Of a DNA stretch of 49,553 nt, positions 1-12,970 are shown piece by piece; position 1 is the first letter of the stretch; each line of letters opens with the position of its first letter. The notes below the pieces were generated by a model that was given only the letters and a program-made list of their open reading frames with translations, was not told the DNA's origin and ran no database searches. Both the position numbers and the translations under genes were made by a program. Source of the stretch: Girardia tigrina (Eukaryota); NCBI GenBank assembly GCA_001938485.1, contig MQRK01170520.1, positions 1 through 49,553 of the forward strand, read 5' to 3'.

Positions 1-1184
1 TTCCCATTTTGAATTACTTTATTCGTGATACAAAGTATGCACCCCAAATAATATAAACTCTTTAAAAAGTAATAAAACATTATTTATTTAAGACATAAAG
101 TGTTTAATCATACAAAATGGGGAGTGGGGGAGAACATACATTTTTCCCCTACTCGAATATAAACACTTTATGAATTTGTCTGAATTTTAGTATACGTAGG
201 TCCACTGGCATATTTACAAAGCGTTTGGTGCTGATTAATTAATAACGGTAACCAACTTGTCCTAGCTTTTCTAAAAAATTCTTGATGTACGCATATTAGT
301 TTGCATCGTTCAATTTGTTAGCCTAACTATTTATTTTTAGTGAAGAGTTCTTCCCACTACAGTGCGTTCTTGTGGTCGGAGATCGTAACGCTGAAGAGGT
401 TAAAATATCATTCTTCTTCACTATGTACTATTAACAAGACCAATCGAACAAAGTCTTAGTAAATTTAAAGATTGATATTAACAAATCTAAAATATTTAAG
501 GTTCTATTGTGTCAACAAAATCGCTTATTAGAAAATATCATATGCATTTTGGATTCTTCTCAATTTGTCCAGAATAGATTTCCTCCAGGGATACAATTAG
601 TTTCGAAAATTTAAAGAAAAACCTTTTTAATTAACGTAAGTAATTTATGTACAACAATTTATTTTAAATTAACGAGTTCTTTTGTCATGGAACTGTTTTA
701 ATTTAAATATGAAAATATTTTAACTTACACTTTATTAAAAAAAATATAATATAATATGATATTTTGCTTTTAAATAGAATAAATTTCAGTTATTTTAATG
801 GTTTTAATAATAATATTTTATTTTCAAAAATTTAATGTATTTATTTATTTTGATATTTAGTTAATGGAAAATTCTTTGTAGATGACTTTTTTTGATTAAG
901 TTAGATGAAAATTTAACACACTGTTTAATTTAATTATTTTTTGTTTCCTCTTATTTTGTTAAAATAAATGATTTAAACAAGTTTTTAGAATAAATAAATA
1001 TAAATTTCGGTATGGAAAAAAATTTCCATTTCAAGGATATAATAAATTTCTCACGATCTAAGTGATAATTTATTATCTGATAACAATAATAATAATAATT
1101 ATTATTATTATCATAATGATTTTCCATATTACACCACTAATTTCTGAGAATAATATTTTTTATACAACAATTAAATTCTGTTAT

Positions 1185-1345
1185 ATTTATGGATTATTAG
1201 ATGCATTGGGTGGTTCAGTTGAATTATATTTCATTGATTTAGCGAACTCTTATTATCAGTTTGAACTAAGAGACTTCAAAAGACTGTCATTAAGGTTATA
1301 TACAGCTCCAGCAACGTTCCAAGTACTAATGCCTGATTTATTATT
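1185..1345 (+). mobile_element. Ty3/Gypsy reverse transcriptase relic
   Basis: Translation LLDALGGS..YFIDLANSYYQFEL...TAPATFQVLM matches gypsy RT motifs (LDxLxG, IDLxxAYYQ, APATFQxLM). The intervening sequence is deleted. Confidence 0.6.
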
Positions 1346-1575
1346 TATAAAGGTGTATTAGGATACTTGAATTATTTGCTAGTCTATGGAACATCAGAAC
1401 TGAAACAAAACTACAGACTAGAAGAAATTTTTCGAAAAAAAGTTATGACAAGTATAAAAATAATTCCAGAAAATTAAAAGGATAAAAGAAACAGAAGTTC
1501 TATTTATTGGAACACATTTTAAATAAATGATCAAATAAAGATAATTCAGCTAAATTTGTAATTATTAATCCGAAA

Positions 1576-2638
1576 CGGTTTTCGAGTATTAAAAAAAACG
1601 TTTTACGATTTCATTTTGCTTTAATAGTAAAATTCAAAATAAATCAATAACGATTTTTTCCTAATTCATTGGAGTAAAAGACATCAACAATAAATATTAC
1701 TATAAGTCTCAGGTGGAAAGTCGATTTTATAAAAAAATAAATAAAATTAAAATCAATTTTTAACTACGTTTTTGAAAAGTATCCACCACTAATTTTTTAG
1801 AAAAGGTCTTTTTTACTCCATTATATTAAAGAATTTTTTAATTTTTTTTGAAGTCGTGGAACATAATGTAAAAAAATAAAAACTATTTTTTTCAAAATAT
1901 AGTGTTCAAAACTCTAATTAAATTTAAGTATTTAAAAAATATTTTGAGTATTATCTGCTGAAATATATAAAAAAAATAATTTTTCACTGAAAATAAACAT
2001 TTTATTCATACAAATGTTTAAAAAATTAAGAAATTAGAGTTTAAAATTATATTATTTTAAATAACATCAATTAGTCTTCGTTCCTATCTTCATTCACTAC
2101 AGCATGAATTTTTTTTTTATAAACAGCCGCTTAATTTTTCAAAGTCCCAAACTTCAATTGCACTAGTATTTGAATGGATTCTAAAGTTATTAATGTCTAC
2201 GTTGTAAAATCGTCATTTTATAAGATGATCTTCACAACGCCGATTACTGCGAGGAATAAAATTTGTCTTTTTGCAAAATTTGTCTTTTTTCTGTTGGCGT
2301 TATTCAAATGGGACAACTGCCATATTGTTTAGAGATCCACAAATGCAACAATATTTGTCAGTGACGATCTTTCTAGGAAAATCTATCTTTAAAAATTCTA
2401 ATTCTTCTTTGATTTTTTTCATTCTTTAAATTAGCTAATTTTCTAGATATATAGGTTTTGATTTTAATTTTATTTCTTGTTTATAAATCGACATTCCTCC
2501 TGAGATTTATTGTAATATTTTTTGTTAATGTCTTTTACTCCTAAGAATTAGTAAAAAATCGTTATTGATTTATTTTGAATTTTTACTATTAAAGAAAAAT
2601 AAAATCGAAAAACGGTTTTTTTAAATACTCGAAAACCG
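1576..2638 (-). mobile_element. Non-autonomous TIR DNA element with ~125-bp inverted repeats and a degraded transposase-like N-terminal fragment
   Basis: 1576-1700 is a near reverse complement of 2512-2638. The internal minus strand reads IDFPRKIVTDKYCCICGS...VPFE*...FIPRSNRRCEDHLIK*RFY, a Cys/His motif recalled from ISL2EU/Harbinger-like transposases. Superfamily is uncertain. Confidence 0.6.
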
Positions 2639-3539
2639 AATTTGGCGGAAATATCGTAGTTTGATGTCAAAACGATTCTCCAAGTGAAAATCGAAAATTC
2701 AGCAGGGGCAGATATCCTTTTTAAACCCGGCTATACCCTTTGCTTGGCTCTAGATCGGGACTGCAGTAAGGAGAGAAATTTCAGTAAACTAACCAATTTT
2801 TCTTAGTCACATTCCTTTTTTGAATCTGTATAGGATTTATAAACGAAAACCGTAATTCTTTCGGTGAATACATCTACATTTGTCTTGAGATTATTGTGGA
2901 ATTAACGTGCCAATTTTTTTCAGCGAAACTAGTACATATTATGGCACTTGATCCCAAGAAGTTAACATCAGTAATTTCACTAAATTTTGTTCGTCGATTT
3001 TCGTTTGAAAGATGCTCTATTATCGACGATGGTCAAATTTTATCCATATGTGTCGACAAGAGAAACACAAGAGACACTGGTAATATTGAACTCAAGTGTT
3101 GAGAATTATTTAAAGAAACTTAGATTTGGCTAGTGGTTCTCACATTAACTGAAACTAATTCACTTTTAACATTTGTAATTCTCTTTTGAAAAAAGAACAT
3201 TTAATTTATGGGGACCGAAAATGGACTTTTTTAACAAACTTAGAATGCCGATTATCAAGGAAAAATGGGATGAAATTTCCGAAATGTTGAGAAAAAAAGA
3301 AAATTTTGATTTCTATCTTTTGAGTTTTTAAAGAAAACATGTTTTTTAAACTACTTACAAGGAATAAATCAATTCAAACATTTATTGTGGTTAACGGTAG
3401 AAATTGGTTCATTCAATTCAGACTAAACGTTCTGAATTGTAATTTTTGGTTTAAAATTGATTGAAGATAATAAAAAATTTTACCATTTTAAAAAATATAC
3501 AAAACAAACAATTACAACATAAGAGTTATATTTAGTACA

Positions 3540-4361
3540 CACATATTTTCATAATTAAAATTTCTTTCTTTCTGTAATATAGAATTAAGTATTGAGAAAC
3601 AGTGTTCAACACTAGCTGAAGTGGGTTGAAATTTCATTAAAAGACCATAAATTGAGGGGCTGAGGTTAAGGTCCGACATCCTTTACTGCTAAAATATCAT
3701 TTTTTTGAAGTCTTATTTCCGCATAATCTTAAATTTTGCATTCATCCTCTCCCAAATTGAGATCTGGAAGCATTCTTAATGCTGCCTCAATTGTGTATTG
3801 ACTAGCTTTCATTTCAATTGAGAAAGATGAAAAATTCTTGTATTAGGAATTGATGTTGTATAAACTATTTGATCTTACCAAATAAGTTCTTGAATGATCC
3901 TGAATTGTGCGAACCAGAATAAGTATATAATTCCTACCATTGAGACACGTCACATCAAAATCCATAAAAAGTTTTTGTCCATCAATATTAAATTTTATTT
4001 TCTGAATGAGTTGATTGTGAACAAGTTCAATTTGGTTTCTGCAAACTAATTTTGAAGGAAGAGGATGGTGCATACTTATGAATAATTCTTATATTTTGTT
4101 GTTCCTCAATTTCTTTAGCGCAATTACTTCACTTAAAAAGGCATATGTTACTTTGAAAGCAAATGACTTTCGATTTTCATTTTCCGTCGTTAACATTGGT
4201 TGATATCTGAGTACATGCGTTGCCGTTGAGTACTTTATTGACTTCCTGTGGGATTCTACATTGAACATCTTATCGCAACATACATTAACTTTACACAACT
4301 TGCAAAATAGATTATTCCCAGAGTCCATTGTAAATTCTGATGGATGTAAATTCTTTATCAT
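3540..4361 (-). mobile_element. Degraded hAT-superfamily (CGGBP1-like) transposase
   Basis: N-terminal BED-like finger FCKLCKVNV...VESHRKS, middle segment ALKKLRN...PLPS, and C-terminal hAT dimerisation motif QPTSASVEHCFSILNSIL near 3560-3630. Frameshifts and an internal deletion are present. Confidence 0.7.
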
Positions 4362-6025
4362 TGATAAAAAAATACATTCAGACTTACATAAACGAGCAAG
4401 CCTAATACAATAGTGCGTTTTTTATATGAGAAATGGCATAAAAAAATATAAAGTTAATAAAAAAAGGAAAGGCATATTTATAATGAAATAGTTATAAAAT
4501 TAAAAGAGGTTTCTTAGCAGAAAGTATCTCTAAAATTAATTCGAAATTGAAACTTTTGATTTTGAAAAAAATCAATGATTATTTTTTACACATTTTAATG
4601 TTCATTTGTATATAGTCATCCTCAAAATTGCTCTTTGCCTTTTTTATTTAATTTTAATAAATTAAACTTCACAAAGTATTCGTTCTTCAATAATATTCCG
4701 ATCGGCAGAATTGACAGTTTGCCGATCTTTCATCATAAAAAAAGACTGAAATAAAATGTCATTTTGTTTCATACATCATGGTAAATAAAAGAAGTGACAA
4801 TATTTTCAGACTTTTGCAGAGACCGCTATTATTTTTATCATTTGATAAAATTATATCTTGATTTAATCTTCACAAAAAGTGATAAATAAATTTTCAAAAT
4901 AATTTACAAGTAAATGATAATTTATTTAAAATGAAAGTGAAAGAACATGAATCAATTCCTTATTTATTAATTAATATAAGAAAACAATATATTTTCTCTA
5001 TCGTTTCGCACTTTATGAAATAAAGGAGACATTTTACCATAATATAAATAAAAAACAATAATCGGCCTCTGAGACAAAACCTTTAAGACTCAGTGCGGTC
5101 CACTTAATTTTGGCCTTCGCATTAAATCCAAAACAACCCGAAATTTTATTATTGTGAATCAATTGTTAACGACATTGAGATAATTTTCATTTGAATTTCT
5201 ATTACTATCACATTTAGAGTCATCACAACTCTCAGTTGGTCGTTCTCCGTTTAACATCGCTCTAATTAATTATTTAATTTCTATTTTTATTCAAACAATT
5301 TTTTTAATTTTTTTTAAAATATTTAATTTTTAAAAATATTAATTAATTTTATAAAATTGTTACAAATTAATTTCATTTAAATCTAATTAAATGGTTTTCT
5401 TTTTGTTTTTTGAAAAATATTAAACTTGATTTTAATTGTTAATTTTAAAAATATAAACTTATTAAATTTTTATTTTAATTATGTTCGAATAGTCAATCAC
5501 TGTAATTACAAAAAAAAATACCAATTTCCATCTGGATGGGAGAATCACCATTCTAAATTCAACATACTCAAATCAATATACAGCATCAATACATTCCCAT
5601 ATTCATACAATTTTAAATATTCTTCACATCATGCATATCAAAAGAATCCCAGGTGTATGATTTGCACAAATATTTACTTATTTTACATATAATTTTAAGA
5701 TAATTAATTATTTATTCTGAAAAAAACCCAATTAATTCAATAACTTTCTGTGGTTATAAAAAGTTTAATTTGAATTATTTAATGATTATTTACCAGGTAC
5801 ATTTGAAAATCAGAAAGACTAGAAAAACATTTTTGAGCATATGATGAATGTAGGTCTCTTCAATATACCGAGTGAGGCGAAAAATTTTATTTACTTTGGT
5901 TTTTTATGAGTTATTAATAATCTTATAAAAAGAATTCATTTATTATAGTCGGTGGTGAGTCTATCAGTAAAAGAATTTTAAATTTCCGTTTTTATTTCAT
6001 TTATCATAAATAATGTTTTACTAGT

Positions 6026-6028
<3 letters not shown>

Positions 6029-6060
<32 letters not shown>

Positions 6061-6110
6061 NNNNNNNNNNNNNNNNNNNNNNNNNNNNNNNNNNNNNNNN
6101 NNNNNNNNNN

Positions 6111-6159
<49 letters not shown>
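6029..6159. repeat. (AT)n microsatellite spanning an assembly gap (N 6061-6110)
   Basis: Seen directly. Confidence 0.95.
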
Positions 6160-6164
<5 letters not shown>

Positions 6165-6504
6165 TTAATAAACTTAAGACAACGTGAAATATTCTTAATA
6201 TTTCAACATAGATTGTTAAACACAAATAAACAATTACCGTACTTAAAGAATTCAAATCCTTTTAAAACTATTTTGCATGAAATAAAATGACAAATAATTT
6301 GTACAGGAGTAACAAATCGACAGTTGCATAAGGCATCAGAGTGATAAATATTTCAATAGTATGGAAAAAACCGTCATACATGTATATGACGTGTAAACTG
6401 AATTTTCGTTTTTGAATGTTTCGGTTTTAATTTTTAAATCGTAATTATTATAATTTATTATTTATTGCTTCGAATTCTGTGTTGATTTAACAGTCGGTCA
6501 ATTA

Positions 6505-6962
6505 AGGTGGCTCCCCGCGACATTCAGCGACGGTGCTGTACCGACAATATTGTCCCGATGCAGGCTATCCATATTGACCACGTCCTTAAATGGATTCACT
6601 CCGGTCCGTCCGCAATTTGCAATTTATTTGTTAATAATATTTTTTTAATAACGAAAATTTGTAATTTCTACAAAATTGATTTTCAGCAATATAATGAGTA
6701 AATAAGTGATAAAAGTCGTGATTTATCAAATAAATTAGTATTTTATTAGTATTTTCATAAAAATTTTCACGAAATTCCTTGTAGGAATCATCAAAATCGT
6801 CATTATACAAAATCAGCGTTAATTAAACCATTTAAAACGACTTGTATGGTTTACGATCGATTTCGTCGGCTTCCAGGCATCTTTCGGCGAAGGCGCTGTA
6901 CTGACAGAATGTTATTGATGCGGGCTATGCATATTGACCTCGTCCATAAACGGATTCACTCT
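6505..6962. repeat. Diverged ~95-bp GC-richer direct repeat pair (~6505-6602 and ~6865-6962)
   Basis: Shared blocks gcga.gg.gctgtac.gaca...gatgc.ggctat.catattgacc.cgtcc.taaa.ggattcact. Confidence 0.75.
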
Positions 6963-7552
6963 TCACATTTAAAAGCGTGACCGACAAAGAAACAAACACA
7001 CTTTTAAGACAAATATTATTTCGATATTAGTACTGTAGTCCGGCATTTTCCGGTCAAGCTCATTTTATCGACAGATAGATAGATTGGATACCGCTGACAA
7101 TATAAAACGCATCAACTACACCTGTCTAGTGCCCCTTGTTTACAAGTTTACCGCACCTTACCTCTTCGCGCCAGAAAACAAGTACTCTTGGCTCCCGCAC
7201 TGTACTATGAAAATGAGCATAATGAGTTTACTCGTCTCCTGAAAACAATGTTTTAAAATATATTATTTTCTCAGTATTTAAAAAAGATGATTTCTAGAAA
7301 AAAAATAAATCAAAATTTTATTAATAGTTAAAAACTCTAAAATTGCTTTTTTTCTCAAAATAAACAATTTCAAATAAATTAAGAAACATAACAAAACTAT
7401 GACAAAATATCGTCAATTAGTTGCTAGTCATAAAAAAGTGTGATTTCAAATTTTTCGATCGTAACTCAAGCAAATATTTTTTTCGATGTTCAAAAAGTCT
7501 TCAGAAAATCTAATTTAAAAATTTTTTTTAATATTTTCGGTTTTTAGTTATT

Positions 7553-7615
7553 GATCGACTGAAATTCAGGTCGCGATCGACTCATAGATCTCGATCACCT
7601 GGTTGACCAGGCCTG
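7553..7615. mobile_element. hAT-like terminal fragment
   Basis: Reverse complement begins CAGGCCTGGTCAACC with subterminal GATCGCGA/GATCGA repeats, typical of hAT MITE ends. The partner end was not found. Confidence 0.4.
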
Positions 7616-7701
7616 TTTTATACCATTTGCTTTTTATTTGGTACTTAAATTTTGTATTATATTTAAGTCTAAGGAATGTAAAAAAAATAATAGCAATTGA
7701 T

Positions 7702-7975
7702 TATTAAAAAGTGAACGCCATTTTTCGCAATTTATTTTTGTAATTAATTTCGGCGGATTACCCGCCATCTTCAGACTAAATTAACACTGGCTTTTTGCAG
7801 CTTATATATGAGAAAGGTGATTATGCAATCAATTATGTAATAAAGGCTCTATTTGAAAATGTTTAACAGAGAAGTTGAGTGTGAAGCTTGAAAACCTTCA
7901 TTAATTACAAAAAAAAATTAATTATAAAATTAATAACAAAAATAAATTGTGAAAAATTGTGTTCACTTTTTAATA
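7702..7975 (-). mobile_element. 5'-truncated Penelope-like element with inverted terminal arm
   Basis: ~48-bp inverted repeat (7702-7749 / 7928-7975). The minus strand carries an ORF tail INEGFQASHSTSLLNIFK*, a TATA-like tatataagc, a hammerhead core and AATAAA. Same layout as 23465-23836. Confidence 0.7.
7736..7779 (-). ncRNA. Minimal type I hammerhead ribozyme motif
   Basis: Minus strand UUAGU-CUGAAGA-U-GGCGG-guaau-CCGCC-GAAA-UUAAUU-ACAAA: CUGANGA/GAAA core, 5-bp stem II and palindromic stem III. Confidence 0.7.
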
Positions 7976-8830
7976 TTTAAATCTCATGTATTTATTATTA
8001 TTAATGGTGTATGTTTAAAATTTCACGTGTCGAATTTTACAAGTTGTTCTTTGAAATATAATTATGAATTTGAAATACAATTATAATTTTTTTTAATTAG
8101 TGTACAAAAATATAATAATTTAGATTTGTATCTCGAATATAACATGTGTCGGTTATTATTTTTATGTCCTATAAAAACAGTTTCAAGACTAAAATAGGGA
8201 GACGCTTTTACTTATCGAACCAAAGAATAATCATTAAAATAGCTGATATGAATATCAAACCATTTTCTGATTTTAAAAAATGCAAAAACTCTGGTCTATA
8301 ATAAGACCAATTTTTTTCTAATTTTGATTTATTTATATTATTTATTAATTAGTCACAATCGGGATAAAAATAAAAATACACATAATATTTGTTTGACCTA
8401 GGTTGAGAGGGATAGGTGCATTTTTAAATGTTTTTCCCGAGCGATATAAACTTGATTTACATTTTCAATTAATAATAAATAATAACTTTTGTTTATACTT
8501 TTATAAATCCTATTAATAAATGTACATTATTTAAAACTGAAAATTTATGGAAAATTTTGATTGTGTTTTTTAAAAAAAATAATAAATATTTTTTGAAATC
8601 TGTTAAAATTTAGTTCTAACGATATAAAAGAATTAACTAAATATTTTCTGATTTTATGTTTTTAATAAATTTATTTTACAATATTTTTTTTCAATATATT
8701 TTCCAAAATTAATGTACGAAAATGGAAAGAATTATTTTTAAGAAACATTTTTAATATGATAAATTTTAAAAAATTGACAAAATGATGAATAAATGAGAAT
8801 AAAATATAAAATATGTACAATAAAAACGTA

Positions 8831-9049
8831 CCTTTGAAACACTCGAGATGCCATTGAGCCTATGATTTCTTGTTCAGATGTTAAGTTCTCATAAAAATCA
8901 AGGTATCCTATCAAACTAAATACTGGATCGTAGTCTCCATCGTTTTCAATAATTGATTCAATTAATATTTCCGCCATGGTCACAGCTCCTCCTTCATTAT
9001 CCGTCACAGCCATTCCGAGAATCATTCCTCTCCATGCATCAATATTCAT
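8831..9049 (-). CDS. Probable first coding exon of an ADP-ribosylglycohydrolase (ARH/DraG)-like protein
   Basis: ATG-initiated frame DAWRGMILGMAVTDNEGG...MAEILIESIIE..GDYDP..YLDFY...IG....RVF resembles the ARH N-terminus. It ends at a good donor, AAG|GTACGT. Downstream exons were not securely identified. Confidence 0.5.
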
Positions 9050-9601
9050 TTTGTTATCAATTTATAAAAATTGTCATTATAAGTAAATGTCTTTTTTGTG
9101 TCTTTACGGTTTTTGATTGGCAAACTTTCATAACTAATAGGATTTTACAGATAGCTTTGCCTCTAATATAATTTTTATTTTGTTAAATAAAAAATATAGT
9201 TTTGCGATATGTATTGTTTCAAAGTATTGCTTCATAAGTATTGTTATACTTATAGAACTCATTTTATTTTTCATTGGTTATAATTATAAAAAAATTGACT
9301 TTCTTTTATAAAATATAATTATTTATATGATTGATAAATTTAAATTCATTTTTATTATAAGAAATAAAATTTGCTGAAAATATAAATATAAAAAAAATAA
9401 ATTTTATTATTTTATTAAAATTGGTTTATTGTCTCTCCATCTGCAATAATTACCACAAGTTTGTAAAATACTATTTTATACAATAAATTATATATAAAGC
9501 TATATATAAAATATATATTATATATAATTATGAAATATATTTATATAAATAATTTATACTTTCATAAAATTGTCCTGTGAGTTAATTTCCCCCAATAATT
9601 A

Positions 9602-10800
9602 TTAGGGCGAACAAAAAGTCTTTTCGTATTTTCTACGTCTTTTTGTTCAATTGTTTCTTATTACCAAATAAAGATATTGTATATACATTCGTTATATGTT
9701 TTAAAGCTCTTGAACTGCTCTATCACAATATATATTAAACCATCTAAGTAGTCGTTAATATAATTTTTATGGTCCTTTAAAAAAATCATGGAAAATTTTG
9801 AAATTCGTGTTATTTTACGCCATTACTGGAAACAGGGCTTAAACGCAACTGTAGCAGCAAAGAAGATATGCGAAGTTGAAGGCGATAATGTGGTCTCAAA
9901 TCGTATTGCACAAAATTGGTTCAAAAGGTTCAACGAAGGCGACATTGACCTCGGAGACAATGCACTTTCAAGCCGACCTATCACTGTAGATTCCGGAGCA
10001 ATTCGTGAAGCCGTCAATAAGTACTCGCAGATTGTCGGCCGAACTCGCTATTCCTCAAACATCCATTGTACGACACCTTCAGGCTCTTGGCAAGGTCAAT
10101 AGACGATGTCGAAAAGTGCCTCATGAATTGACACAAATTCAAGCCGAAAATTGTTTTGAAACTTGTCAAAAATTGCTTGAAAATCCGCGCGATGACCGTT
10201 TCATCCGTCGAATTGTAACTTGCAATGAAAAGTGGGTTTACTTCAGTAATCCACACCAACAAAATCAATGGTTGAACCCCGGACAAATGGCGAAACCGGT
10301 AGCGAAATGAGATCGTTTCTCAAGGAAGGCCTTTTGTGTGTTTGGTGGAATTTCGAAGGCGTGAATCACTTCAAACTCGTTCCAAATGGTCGTACCATCG
10401 ACGTTGACCTTTACTGCGCCCAATTTGATGGAATGTATGCGGCATTTGGCGAGAAATACCCCACTTTGATCAATCGAAAGCGAGTTCTCCTACAATAGGA
10501 CAATGCAAAACCGCACACCGCCAAACAAACAAAGTAAAAAAAATCTCGACCCCTATGAACTTCTTCCACACCCAGCGTATAGTGCGGATCTTGCGCCATC
10601 CGACTATCACCTTTTCCGCTCTATGGTACACTTTCTTCGTGGTCACAGCTTCAATAATCTGGCCGATGTCGAAAACGGGTGTCACCAGTTCTTCGCTTCT
10701 AAGAACAAGGATTGGTACTGCAGCGGGATCGTACAACTGGCCCATAGATGGGTTCAAGCTATAGATTCAAATGGCCTTTACTTTGAAACTTATATGTTTT
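9602..10800 (+). mobile_element. Mariner transposon with disrupted transposase (9788-~10790)
   Basis: TA followed by left TIR TTAGGGCGAACAAAAAGTCTTTTCGTATTT. HTH N-terminus, (W>K)VPHEL, IVTC(D>N)EKW, Q*DNA and HPAYSADLAPSDYHLF motifs. Frameshifts and stops present; right TIR missing. Confidence 0.92.
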
Positions 10801-12518
10801 TTATTTGTTTTAAAATTATGTTGCGAGTTTCCGGTGGTGTTTGGAACAAAAGCGAAGGAGCTGCATAAGTATATGTCGCTGTGATATAGCTTTGTTTAGC
10901 GTTTATGGGGAATCGGAAAGGACGGTGAACTTGGCAACGGTCTTTTATACCTGTTGCAAAAGCTACCTGGGGTAATATTGGAGAGCCATCGCTAGGCTTC
11001 TATACTCGAGGAAGTAGTTCCTTTGAAGGACTTGTGAAGAATGAAACCGATTTTTGAAGAAGAGCGTCAGAAACCATCAATGGGTAATGTCCTGATGGTA
11101 ATTTAAATTGCGATATCAATAAATGTATTGAAAATCAAATTAGTGCACTTAATAATTAGGACTCTGGTTGGTGAAATATTTGAGTTTGAAAAGTTATTGA
11201 TTGATTTACAATTTTGCAATTTTAATGGAAATTATATTCGTATCAAAATTATCATGAAAATTTACACTATATGTGTAATATGATTCCATAAAAATTGACA
11301 GGAGAATACTTACACAAAATGTATTTTATAATTTAAGAATTAAACGTTTTTTTTATTATTTTTTAAACAACTTAGAAATTAGTTTGAATATGCTGGATCC
11401 GTTATTGTAATATATTTGGTATAATAAAGATACTAAATAATCATATAATTATTTATCGTTACAAATGTGCACACTATTTTTTTATAAATTAAATAATTAT
11501 TATGTAGGAATTCTAAGTATTATTTAATGTTTTATTAGCAAAACTTATTTCATAAAATAGTTATTTGCACATTTAATTTTTAAAACTAATTGGTTGTAAA
11601 TATGTGGAAAATTTTTCCATCGTTTCTTTCTAGAGAGAAATGATGCGAAAATTTATCGTTGGACGTAAATAATTCATTTAAAGAAAAAAACGTAATAATT
11701 TTGTCATATTTCTTTCTGAAGGAGAAAGAATTTGAAAATATTCTTATATTAATTTATTAAAAGTGCTAACATTAGATATAATTGTAAAATAAATAAAATA
11801 GTGTATTTTGTTTTTTTAATTGCGGCTCGTTCCCGTTTGATATCGAAGAGCATTTATTTCTTTTTTCACTGATTTGATTTCTTTTATCTTCGAAGATTTT
11901 AAATTGCGGATTTTCTTGTCGAATGAATATAAAATTCTCTCATCCAATTCAAATTTTCTATTATTTTTTACTATTGCTTTTACCTTAAGTAATTTATTTC
12001 TTTGATCTTAATGTTTATTAATTACTTTTTTATTTTAATATTATCACAAGCTTGACTGTTTACAAGACAATCTTTGTCAAAGCTTTCGTACATTTACATA
12101 CTTCTAATTGACTAATGACTTTAATTCTGTTATATGAGTAAATGGAGATTGAATAATCAGTTAAAATAATTAGAATAATCAGCCCCTACTGATTTTATTG
12201 GCTAAAAATTAAAATGAATATTAATTATTTAACGAAGTACATGTAACAATGTCGTAGTTAAAGTAAGGAAAAGCATACATGAATGAGATGATTGCAGAGA
12301 TTCTCAGATGTTTAGATGACTATCTATGTAGAAAACCAAAACTAAATTTTTCATTGATATGGAATGGAAATCAAAAAGATTTTCCGGCTGAAAGAAAATT
12401 GCTCAGAAAATTTCTTATTCATAGGGAAAGGTAGCTGAACAGATACTTAAAACTTCTGTCGAATCATTCTATTAAAAGTATTGGTGAAAGTACTTGTAAG
12501 ATTTATGAAGGAAAACCT

Positions 12519-12662
12519 TATAGATTAATAATTATAGATTATAAATAGATTAATAATAATAGATTGATTAATAATAAGATAGATTAATAAATAAGATAGA
12601 TTAAATAAGAGTAGATTAAGTAAGAGTAGATTGAATAAGATAGATTAATAATAATAGATTAG
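12519..12662. repeat. Degenerate minisatellite built on TAGATTAA(TAA/ATAAGA) units
   Basis: About ten imperfect tandem copies containing tagatt. Confidence 0.8.
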
Positions 12663-12970
12663 TAATTCGGTTTCAGAAAACATTTCATTATGTGAGTTAA
12701 TTGATTCAGAAAGATGATCGTCACAAAAACAAAAACTAACAGGTAATCAAAAAAATTATCTGAAGTAACTGATACTGGATAACAGAGGAATATGTTTTGT
12801 TTGAACTCAATAGACAAGTAAAATGAACGAGGATAAAGTAAAACGCTTGATATACAAAAAAAGGAAGAAATAGAAAACAATTAAATTATATATAAAATAA
12901 CTAAACGGTTTATACGATTTTCTAGGAACTTCGTCGGAATTATTACTATGAGGGGTTAATTTAAATTTTT

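Noticed and set aside
195-325. Minus-strand segment resembling BCCIP (RFVNMP)
   Set aside because: Only a short motif with stops; insufficient evidence.
6004-6255. ORF with YI repeats, and similar antisense/AT-rich ORFs (1062, 5426, 19339, 17616, 18556, 28176)
   Set aside because: Products of microsatellites, low complexity or the antisense strand of TE genes.
10819-11110. Possible LTR or LINE end replacing the mariner right TIR
   Set aside because: No partner repeat, TSD or clear protein motif.
12519-12662. CRISPR-like repeat array
   Set aside because: Eukaryotic minisatellite without unique spacers or cas genes.
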